Positions 37,279 to 45,184 of a stretch of 49,256 nucleotides of DNA are shown one piece after another. Positions within the stretch are counted from its first letter, which is position 1. Each line of letters begins with the position of its first letter. The translations under genes were made by a program, and so were the position numbers. Origin of the DNA: a virus (lineage: Duplodnaviria > Caudoviricetes); IMG/VR virus record IMGVR_UViG_3300027533_000028, positions 1 through 49,256 of that record; one strand, 5' to 3'. The notes under the pieces are model-generated. The model had not been told where the DNA came from, did not search any database, and saw only the letters and a list, made by a program, of their open reading frames with translations.

Positions 37279-37839
37279 ATGCAAACAAAAATTGAATTTA
37301 AGAATGAAATTTGGAAGGAAGTTGAAAACTTTGAGGGTAGATACGAAATAAGTAATTTCGGTAGGATTAAATCCATTGGCGGAAAGTTTTTGAAAGAAAC
37401 TATTTTAAAAACGTGTATTGATAGTGTTGGTTATTTTAAAACCACATTACGAAAAAAGCCATTGAAAAAACATCAGCGTATTCATGTTTTAGTTGCTGAA
37501 CATTTTTTGATTAAGCCGGATATTAAAAATGTTTGTGTTAATCACAAAGACGGTAATAAATTAAATAATCATGTTGATAATTTAGAATGGACTGATTTAA
37601 AAAATAATTGCCTCCATGCTTTACAAACCGGATTGTTTAATTTGAAAGGAGAAAATCATCCGCATAGTAAATTAACAAATGAAGCTGTTTATCATATTAA
37701 ATTTAATTCTAAAAATTTAACTAATACCGAAATTGCGAATTTGTTTTCAATGTCAAGACGGCAAATAAGGGATATTAGAAAAGGCGTGCATTGGAAGCAC
37801 ATAACAAAAGACTACAAACCCAATCTTTCAATTTCATAA
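37279..37839 (+). CDS. NUMOD4-HNH homing endonuclease
   Basis: Start MQTK at 37279; EIWKEV...YEISNFGRIKS (NUMOD4), VNHKDGNKLNNHVDNLEW (HNH), C-terminal HTH; opposite strand, overlaps the 3' end of the minor head gene. Confidence 0.9.
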   Translation: MQTKIEFKNEIWKEVENFEGRYEISNFGRIKSIGGKFLKETILKTCIDSVGYFKTTLRKKPLKKHQRIHVLVAEHFLIKPDIKNVCVNHKDGNKLNNHVDNLEWTDLKNNCLHALQTGLFNLKGENHPHSKLTNEAVYHIKFNSKNLTNTEIANLFSMSRRQIRDIRKGVHWKHITKDYKPNLSIS

Positions 37840-38756
37840 TCGCTCGGCTCATAATTGCCGTTACTGACGTTTCTTTGAATTACATCTTTAGGAACGATAA
37901 AGATGCTGACGGGGAGCAACGAATGGTTACAAAAATATCCTCCGCAAGTTTGAAAAATTGTACTCGAATTAGTTCCTTCCATTTCTCCCTGCCATGTTCC
38001 GTTAGAATCGGGTAATCTTAATCCTTCGGTTTTTTTACCATCTCCCCATGCTTCTATTTCCTTTTTATGGTAATACTTTTCATGTCGCTCAATACAAAAA
38101 GCTCTTGATGTTTTAATTATATCCCCTGCATATTTAAACCATTCAGCTTGCAATGAATCCGCAATAGTTGTAGTATAAGTTCTGTCACTTACTGCAAATG
38201 AATCATACGTAATTTGCTTTGCGTACTTGGTAATCTTAGAATCTACTTCGGGAGTGCCGGTAATGATGTTTGAAATATTGGTAAGTGTTTCTGAAAATGT
38301 TGCCTGCGATGTTATTGCCTGTTCAACGCTTTGCAGTAATGGATTAATAAACTCCGTATCTAAAACCGAATCATTTAAAAGTAGATTTAAAGTTGTTTCC
38401 TTTTTTAGCTGTAAAATATCAACTGCGATTTTAGGAACTTCAAAACCTGGAAATGATTTTTTGAAATATTCATTCCCTAAACTTGCCTGTTTATTAAATT
38501 CCTTTATGTAATTACTTACTAACTTCGGGTAATCAGTTTGAAGAAAAACATTTTTTAATTCATTTTCAAGTGCTGAAAGTATTGTGAGATTTGCTTTATT
38601 CCTTAAAATTACTCCATCTTTAATTTGAAGTTGTGAAATTAAATCGGTTACTTTCCTGTTAAATTCTTTTTCAACTCCTGTTAAATTATTAACAAAAGTA
38701 TCGGGAACGGAAGTAAGTCTTTTTAATCGCTGTAAAGCGATTTCGGAAGCGGTCAT
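37812..38756 (-). CDS. Minor head protein (MuF/gp7-like)
   Basis: Follows the portal; SRAFC...CGGYFCNH C-terminal motif. Confidence 0.7.
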   Translation of the reverse strand: MTASEIALQRLKRLTSVPDTFVNNLTGVEKEFNRKVTDLISQLQIKDGVILRNKANLTILSALENELKNVFLQTDYPKLVSNYIKEFNKQASLGNEYFKKSFPGFEVPKIAVDILQLKKETTLNLLLNDSVLDTEFINPLLQSVEQAITSQATFSETLTNISNIITGTPEVDSKITKYAKQITYDSFAVSDRTYTTTIADSLQAEWFKYAGDIIKTSRAFCIERHEKYYHKKEIEAWGDGKKTEGLRLPDSNGTWQGEMEGTNSSTIFQTCGGYFCNHSLLPVSIFIVPKDVIQRNVSNGNYEPSDYEIERLGL

Positions 38757-38857
38757 TTGTTTTTATTTTTATCCCACCTGCTATCTTTTATATAGCTTAA
38801 CGCTAAACATCCGATACCAACAAAAACAAGACACAAAATAACAATTAAAATAGTCAT
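38753..38857 (-). CDS. 34-aa single-TM peptide
   Basis: MTILIVILCLVFVGIGCLALSYIKDSRWDKNKNK; ATGA-coupled to the MuF-like gene. Confidence 0.5.
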   Translation of the reverse strand: MTILIVILCLVFVGIGCLALSYIKDSRWDKNKNK

Positions 38858-38865
38858 TTATTTTG

Positions 38866-38961
38866 TATATTTGCAGCCGGATGATTTTGGTAAGTGAGTG
38901 ATCTCGGCTGCCATTATGTACCAATAGAGAGTCGGGGCAGCAATGCCCCATTCTCGTTTTT
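38866..38961 (+). ncRNA. Putative structured antisense small RNA
   Basis: TATATTTG at 38866-38873; stem GCAGCCG/CGGCTGC with loop TTGGTA pairing downstream TACCAA; GCAA-tetraloop terminator + T-tract. Confidence 0.55.
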
Positions 38962-40894
38962 ATTGTGCAATAATAGCATTATTATTTAATATCGCTGCCA
39001 TGACATCAGTAACGGGTGAGGCGGGTTTGTTTTCAGCCACAACTAATTTAGCCGCATCAATCAAAGCCTTTTGCTGTACGGTAAATTCCTGTGAAAAGAA
39101 ATCGGTAACAACTCCCAATGAATCCGTTTTCTTCGGGTACTCTTCAGCGAGTTTTGTAATGAGTGTAATTCCAGAATCATGAATCACTTTCTGAAACGGC
39201 GCAATAATTCCTTTGTTCAAATCCATAACAATATTATCATTTGTCATTCCTAATAACAAATCAGTTTTAACAAATAATTCAAATGCTTTTGCGATATTGT
39301 TATCGGTGTAGTAATGGGATTTTAAATAACGAACAATTATTTCCTGTACCATAACAGTAGGTAATCCGTCTTTAATTGCCTGTGAAATTTCGTTAATGTA
39401 ATCGTATTCGCTTTTCGCGTCAAATGTTTTCGGGCGAATTATTGTAACTACATTTTCGCTCACATTATACCGGAGCCATGCAATCGCTTCAATGATGAAC
39501 TGCATCATATCAAAAATCTGATCTGAAATAGGTTTGATAAAAGAAGTCATTGCTTTTTCATCCAATGTCATGCCTGTTGCTGTCAGGTTTTCCGCGCCTT
39601 TGATTATAGAGTTTGAGGTTTGTAGGTGCAGAATCTTTTTTGCCTTTTCCTCGTTTATAGAAATTTCATCACGTAAATATTTCAGAATCGCCGGATCGGG
39701 TGCAACATAACTAAAACCTTGTTTCGAATTATCTGCAAACTTAGAATCAGGGTTTAAAACAAAGTCGTGCAATGGAGAAAACCTATCAAGCAATCCTGTA
39801 CCTCCGCATTTTGAACATCCGATTAAAGACTGAGTTGCTGTGTTATAAATTTGCCCTTCATTACATTTACAAACATTCCCTTCTACATCCGTAAACTGAA
39901 AGTCGCAAGGTCTGCCTGTATAAACCCTTGTCGGGTATGCACATTTTTTCTTTGACAAATTAATAGTTGATTCGTCAAGCAAAACCAAATCTAAAATATC
40001 GGTTGCAAATGTGAATTGAGATTGCCAGATAATTTCACCATCGTATTGTCTTGGTATCCCTTTTATTTTTTGTACCGGCAACTGATCCCAATTATGTTGG
40101 TCGTAAATTTCAATATCAATTATTTCGGTTGAAACATTGTAAGTAATATTATAAACCGCGTTCCTGTCGTAGAGTTCGTAGTAATACCTTTGTTGCGTGT
40201 CTTTTTTCTTCGGCTTCTTTTCGTTTTTGTCCGAATAATAATCTTCGGTTAAATCAATCAGGCAGTACTGTTCTTCTTCAAAAGCAACCACCCTGCACGT
40301 CTCATAATAAAGCGGTTGTGGTTGATTTAATTCAGTAGATGAAATGGTTTTATCTCCATTCTCATCAATGTCGTAATTGAAATAATTCTTTATCGCAATT
40401 ACTCCGTTTGCATCAACGGCTTTGATTGTGATAAAAAACATTTTCATGTAATTCAGCAATGAGCCGAATGTATCAATCCCTGTTTCAATATACTTTTTTA
40501 AAGTTAAATCAGCCTTGACAAATTCATCCTTTTCGGGTGAAATTATTATCTGAAAGTTACCATCATTAAAAGCGCGGGTTACGGTGTTAATATAATCCAA
40601 GCCGATTACTAAAGTCGTTTGCTTGTAATTGTTTTTAATGTATAGTAACTCCTCCGCCGTTTCATGCGGGGATTTATATGCAAACAATCGCGCAGGGAAA
40701 TAACCCTTTTCAATATGAACTTTATTTGCATTTGAAAGTTCAATTGACATTCCATAACCAGGATAGTATTCAGGATATTCGGGCGGTGTATATTCCGCCT
40801 GCTGTACTTTATTCAAAAAGTTATACTGTACCTTTTTGTTATTCCGTTTTGCAACTACAGAATTAACAAGGTCTTTAATTTCTTGTTCTGTCAT
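38960..40894 (-). CDS. Portal protein (with Zn-finger-like insertion)
   Basis: 644 aa upstream of MuF/scaffold/MCP; helical C-terminal half; CKC...CSKCGGTG insertion. Confidence 0.75.
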   Translation of the reverse strand: MTEQEIKDLVNSVVAKRNNKKVQYNFLNKVQQAEYTPPEYPEYYPGYGMSIELSNANKVHIEKGYFPARLFAYKSPHETAEELLYIKNNYKQTTLVIGLDYINTVTRAFNDGNFQIIISPEKDEFVKADLTLKKYIETGIDTFGSLLNYMKMFFITIKAVDANGVIAIKNYFNYDIDENGDKTISSTELNQPQPLYYETCRVVAFEEEQYCLIDLTEDYYSDKNEKKPKKKDTQQRYYYELYDRNAVYNITYNVSTEIIDIEIYDQHNWDQLPVQKIKGIPRQYDGEIIWQSQFTFATDILDLVLLDESTINLSKKKCAYPTRVYTGRPCDFQFTDVEGNVCKCNEGQIYNTATQSLIGCSKCGGTGLLDRFSPLHDFVLNPDSKFADNSKQGFSYVAPDPAILKYLRDEISINEEKAKKILHLQTSNSIIKGAENLTATGMTLDEKAMTSFIKPISDQIFDMMQFIIEAIAWLRYNVSENVVTIIRPKTFDAKSEYDYINEISQAIKDGLPTVMVQEIIVRYLKSHYYTDNNIAKAFELFVKTDLLLGMTNDNIVMDLNKGIIAPFQKVIHDSGITLITKLAEEYPKKTDSLGVVTDFFSQEFTVQQKALIDAAKLVVAENKPASPVTDVMAAILNNNAIIAQ

Positions 40895-40909
40895 TAAAGT
40901 AATTATTAT

Positions 40910-40975
40910 TTACCGTTTCGGTTTAATGATCTTTGGTTTGCTGCATCCGCTGCAACCTCTTTCAATGTTTTTCAT
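40910..40975 (-). CDS. 21-aa CxxC basic micro-ORF
   Basis: MKNIERGCSGCSKPKIIKPKR fills the gap between the GT2 gene and the portal, with an A-rich start. Confidence 0.4.
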   Translation of the reverse strand: MKNIERGCSGCSKPKIIKPKR

Positions 40976-40988
40976 TTTATTGTTTTTA

Positions 40989-41960
40989 TTACATTTCACT
41001 TATTAACGAATTATTGCACCACCATCTTTCGGGATATTTCATATCTGCCAAAGTAATTTCTTCGCCTCTTTCCCTTTTATTTCTTAATTGCCGGAGATTA
41101 AAATAATTCCATTGCGGTTGTGAGTTCTTTTGTGTCGCAATTTCTACCATGATATGAGAAGCGTCTTTATTCGCTACTGCGCTGTAAATACTCCGTTGCA
41201 TCCCGAACATTTTTAACACTTGCGAATATCTTTCTTTACCCATCATCACATCATTACGGATCATTTTGGTATCGTTCAAATGATCGTTACTTTCATAAGT
41301 CAGCATTCTTTTATCATAGTAAAAAGAATATCCATGCCTGCCAACCCTGATCCCGAATGATTGATCTTCGTAACCAATGCCATCAGTTAAACAATCAAAG
41401 CCATTAACAACCAAACCCGCTTCTAATGGAATGCAGAATGAGCAACCATATAATTGATTTCCTGTAACTTTTGCTTTTTGATTATCAGGAGCTGCAGCCC
41501 AACGTGAATCATTACTTTCAAGTTCAAACGAAATCATTTTACCATCTTCAACAATCGGTTTATTGACTTTTTTATAAGCACCTAAAGCAATGTAATTATT
41601 ATTAGCCGCTTCGATTGCCGCCTCCAACCATCTGGCACCCAATACAGAGACATCATCGCAAAAAGCAATGTACGGATGTATCGCATAAACAAAGCCAGTA
41701 TTTCTTGCATTTGCAGCAGCGTAGTAAGGTTCTTTTGTAACCTGATGTTTACCCTGCCAAACTGATGGAAGCGGTGTGATATGTGAAGTAACAATGTTTA
41801 AATCATTGCTTAAATCAATACTTCTTTCTTCTGCCCAATAATCAACGACAATTAACTGCATAGGAAAATCAGGAAACAATTTCCTTTGATTTTTCAACCC
41901 ATCCCAAAACCATTGGAAGGGGTTGTTTCTGCGGCACGTTATGTAGACTATTGAAATCAT
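40989..41960 (-). CDS. GT2-like glycosyltransferase
   Basis: IVVD, AANARNTG, FCDD (DxD-like), NGFD...GYED motifs. Confidence 0.8.
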   Translation of the reverse strand: MISIVYITCRRNNPFQWFWDGLKNQRKLFPDFPMQLIVVDYWAEERSIDLSNDLNIVTSHITPLPSVWQGKHQVTKEPYYAAANARNTGFVYAIHPYIAFCDDVSVLGARWLEAAIEAANNNYIALGAYKKVNKPIVEDGKMISFELESNDSRWAAAPDNQKAKVTGNQLYGCSFCIPLEAGLVVNGFDCLTDGIGYEDQSFGIRVGRHGYSFYYDKRMLTYESNDHLNDTKMIRNDVMMGKERYSQVLKMFGMQRSIYSAVANKDASHIMVEIATQKNSQPQWNYFNLRQLRNKRERGEEITLADMKYPERWWCNNSLISEM

Positions 41961-42196
41961 GAACGATCTAACAAAATAAATTCCCTTGTAAATATTTTTT
42001 TATGGTCGGATATTACTCCTGAAAATTCATAAACAGGCTCTAAAGTTATTTTTAATTCACCATAGGGAATATATCCTTTTCCTATAAATTCTTTTACCTC
42101 TTTATTGAATTGGTAATCGTTTCCAGAAATTAAAACATAATCATCAATTGCTATGTCTAATTTAATATTATTCAAATGTGCCGCTACTGTTTTCAT
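41957..42196 (-). CDS. Hypothetical protein (DUF1737-like)
   Basis: FNKEVKEFIGKGYIPYG motif. Confidence 0.45.
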   Translation of the reverse strand: MKTVAAHLNNIKLDIAIDDYVLISGNDYQFNKEVKEFIGKGYIPYGELKITLEPVYEFSGVISDHKKIFTREFILLDRS

Positions 42197-42200
42197 ATTT

Positions 42201-42947
42201 TTATTTTATCGAAACATCAGGTTGATTAAAATAGTTATTCCATAATTTAAACAGGGTGTCGCGCCTGTCAGATTCTAAAATCCAGTCTTTAACCTTGATA
42301 GATGGATTATTAAAAGGGTGTTTAAAGGTTGTGTTTTTATCATCAATTATCCCCCATTTACGGGTATAATAATCGCGGTTATAAATTTCCGTCTGCTCAA
42401 TCATTGCCACATAATTAAGATTGTGCGGGTACGGTTTGCCATGTTTTATTTTAACAGGCTTTGTAATGTTATAAGGTTTGCCGCCTCCAACCCAAAACCT
42501 CATTCTCATTTCCCAATCTTCGTAATAAATAGGATAAAAGTTTTCATCAAATGTTCCGAAGTTCTTTACTCCGTTTCGTGTCCAGACAAAAATATCAAAG
42601 GCATTATTTTTATCAACGTAAATAATATCGGCATCTTTATGGTGCAAATCTGATTCTTTACAGATGGTTTCTAAAACTCCAGGTTGTAAATCCTGGTCCT
42701 CATTACAAATCAACCAGGCATCATCAATAAATATTTCAGGTGCAAGATTCCATGCACCCGCACAACCGAGATTGTAAGGTGAATCAATTATCCGCCATTC
42801 GGGATTTTTATCATTCCATTCATCCAAAGCCCCCTTTTTACCATTGTTAATAATAACTTTATATTCTATCGGGTAGTCAATAGAGTTTGCTAACCTGTTT
42901 AAAAGGTTCAAATCAAGAGCGAGTGAAGGAACTAACATGCTATTCAT
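42201..42947 (-). CDS. GT2-like glycosyltransferase
   Basis: NLGCAGAWN, CNEDQD, FDENFYPIYYEDWEMRMR. Confidence 0.82.
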   Translation of the reverse strand: MNSMLVPSLALDLNLLNRLANSIDYPIEYKVIINNGKKGALDEWNDKNPEWRIIDSPYNLGCAGAWNLAPEIFIDDAWLICNEDQDLQPGVLETICKESDLHHKDADIIYVDKNNAFDIFVWTRNGVKNFGTFDENFYPIYYEDWEMRMRFWVGGGKPYNITKPVKIKHGKPYPHNLNYVAMIEQTEIYNRDYYTRKWGIIDDKNTTFKHPFNNPSIKVKDWILESDRRDTLFKLWNNYFNQPDVSIK

Positions 42948-43570
42948 ATCGTCAATTCTGTATCTTTTTGGTTTACTAATCTTGGTAAAACTGTATAAAC
43001 TTTACATTTCGGATAAACTTCGTAAAACAGTAAAACATCAATCGGTTGTGAAGCATCCCTGCAATTTTCAAGTAAAACAGGAATCGCTTTTTTGGCAACG
43101 ATTAAAGCATGAGTGCAAAGCGGATATTTAACCTCATAAACATTTTCATTTACATGCGTTGTTTCCCTGCCTTCAGTACAGCAATTGCCCAATGAAAGAA
43201 AATCGAAATCTTTGGGAACATAATCTAAAGCTACCTCTAAATTATGCTTCCAATTATCACGAAACATACAATCATCTTCAATAATCATCCAGTACTCAAT
43301 TTCGGGATGTGATGCCATGACCGTATAAAGCAAATAATGCGATATGGTGCATCCTGTATTTCTTTGAGGTTGCAAGTAGTCTGAATCAGGCGAATCTCTC
43401 TTGTAAGCCCTGCATGATGTTATTCCGAACTTTTCAGCACCTATACCTGCAACTTCCATTACATGATAAATACCGATTTCAGAAAGATGGTTTTTAATAT
43501 AACTATACTTCTCCCCGACCTCAGGAAGATAAAGCAAAATTGGTTTTATGTCGTAACCTGATAATATCAT
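42944..43570 (-). CDS. GT25-like glycosyltransferase (LgtB/Lex family)
   Basis: GCTISHYLLY, IIEDD, THALIV, PIDV; start reassigned to 43570 (ATGA overlap). Confidence 0.8.
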   Translation of the reverse strand: MILSGYDIKPILLYLPEVGEKYSYIKNHLSEIGIYHVMEVAGIGAEKFGITSCRAYKRDSPDSDYLQPQRNTGCTISHYLLYTVMASHPEIEYWMIIEDDCMFRDNWKHNLEVALDYVPKDFDFLSLGNCCTEGRETTHVNENVYEVKYPLCTHALIVAKKAIPVLLENCRDASQPIDVLLFYEVYPKCKVYTVLPRLVNQKDTELTI

Positions 43571-44175
43571 CTTACTTTCCTGTGTATCTGCCAAGTTTCA
43601 TAATCTTCAACTAACTCCAAACCATAATCGGGTAATTTTGAGTAGGCTGTTTTTACCTCTTTCCAATGAGTGTCATCAGCTATCCAATACCCCCCGATTT
43701 TAACTTTTGGAATCCAATGATTTAACTCTGCTATTATGGTGCTTTCATTGTGTGATGAATCTTCATGTAAAACATCAATAGTATTATTTGCAAAAATAAA
43801 TGAAGCGTAATCGGTTCGTGAGCGGAAGGTGTCGCAGAAATCCTGAACCCTGTTTTTAAATATTTCTTTCTGGCAGCAATCATAGATGTATTTGAAATCA
43901 ACTGATTTATACCATTCATCATTTGCCTCTGAATTTTCGGGAGATAAACAGGCATCTACTTTCCATGCGTCAATTCCTAAAGCGAAACCCGAATTTTTTT
44001 CTTTGTGAGCCAATGCCATCGGAATAAGTGAACGACCTCCCCATGTTCCGAGTTCAACTGTAAATTGAGAATTGGTGTCAATAATTAATTGGTAGATGCG
44101 CTCCGCCTTTTCTGCGGTACACCATCCTTCCATCTGATTTATAATCGGGGCTAAGTTTATTTTCTCTGCAATCAT
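43567..44175 (-). CDS. Class I SAM-dependent methyltransferase (Methyltransf_24-like)
   Basis: VELGTWGGRS, IDAW, IDVLHEDSSH, GGYWIADD. Confidence 0.82.
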   Translation of the reverse strand: MIAEKINLAPIINQMEGWCTAEKAERIYQLIIDTNSQFTVELGTWGGRSLIPMALAHKEKNSGFALGIDAWKVDACLSPENSEANDEWYKSVDFKYIYDCCQKEIFKNRVQDFCDTFRSRTDYASFIFANNTIDVLHEDSSHNESTIIAELNHWIPKVKIGGYWIADDTHWKEVKTAYSKLPDYGLELVEDYETWQIHRKVR

Positions 44176-44438
44176 CTTTTGTTAATTTTATCAATAATGA
44201 CCTCGATTAACATTTTAATGTTAGCTTCTTCTGATTCTGATGTTAAATTGTTTCTGTCTACTAACATTTCTACGCTTTCAAGTTGTTCAGGGTAATTATC
44301 TGACTTTCCTAATTGTATTTTTTTGAATCCATCTAATCTGTATTTTACAACATTATTTCCACTATCATAAATATTTAATGTAAAATATACTTCATTCGTA
44401 TTTAATAAATCCAATAATGTTTTTCTCATTTTTTCCAA
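44172..44438 (-). CDS. Hypothetical protein
   Basis: 88 aa overlapping both neighbours. Confidence 0.55.
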   Translation of the reverse strand: MEKMRKTLLDLLNTNEVYFTLNIYDSGNNVVKYRLDGFKKIQLGKSDNYPEQLESVEMLVDRNNLTSESEEANIKMLIEVIIDKINKR

Positions 44439-45184
44439 TCTTTATGAGCTAACCAAACATCAAACGAACTGTGATAAGGGTAGTAAAGCAAAACATCTTC
44501 AGGATAAAAAAATCTTTTTTTACCATCAAATGAAATAACCTGGTAATCCATTTCAAAAATGTATTCTACGAAATCCCAAATTTTATCCCCTATCAATTCA
44601 ATCTGATTTGAAAACTCGCACATGATGACAGGTTTGTATTTTTTAATCGTTTCTTTTGAACCTTTTAAAATCCGAAGTTCGTAACCATCAGCATCTAATT
44701 TTATGAAGTCAATGGTATTGAGTTTTTTTGCCCCTACTTCTTTAACAAAAGAAAAGTAATTGTCGAGTGTCGCAAATTCAACTTTAAAGCCTTCTTTGCC
44801 CTTATAATCTACAGCAATGTTAATATCATCAGTTCCGTCATTGTCTTTTAAAGTCCATGAGGAGAAAACGGTTTGGTTTTCTTTAATATAATCTTTATCG
44901 GATAAAGCGATATTGTTTAATAAAACTCTGCTATCATTTTTAAACTTTTCATAAAGCGAATTGAAAACATCAGGAACCGGTTCGAAGCAATGAATTTCTT
45001 TAAATCCTTTTTCCAAAAACATTTCAGTATACCCGCCTAAGTTTGCACCAATATCTAAAGCAACTGTATTTTTATAGCGGTCAATTATCTGATTAAAAAA
45101 ATCATAGCCGGTTCCAAATAAAGTATTTTCTGAAAGATTCAGGGTAGCAAGTTTTTCTGCAGCAGTTAATTCTTTGGGTGTCAT
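44426..45184 (-). CDS. FkbM-family methyltransferase
   Basis: LDIGANLG, CFEP, TLD, IDFIKLDADGYE...LKG. Confidence 0.88.
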   Translation of the reverse strand: MTPKELTAAEKLATLNLSENTLFGTGYDFFNQIIDRYKNTVALDIGANLGGYTEMFLEKGFKEIHCFEPVPDVFNSLYEKFKNDSRVLLNNIALSDKDYIKENQTVFSSWTLKDNDGTDDINIAVDYKGKEGFKVEFATLDNYFSFVKEVGAKKLNTIDFIKLDADGYELRILKGSKETIKKYKPVIMCEFSNQIELIGDKIWDFVEYIFEMDYQVISFDGKKRFFYPEDVLLYYPYHSSFDVWLAHKDWKK

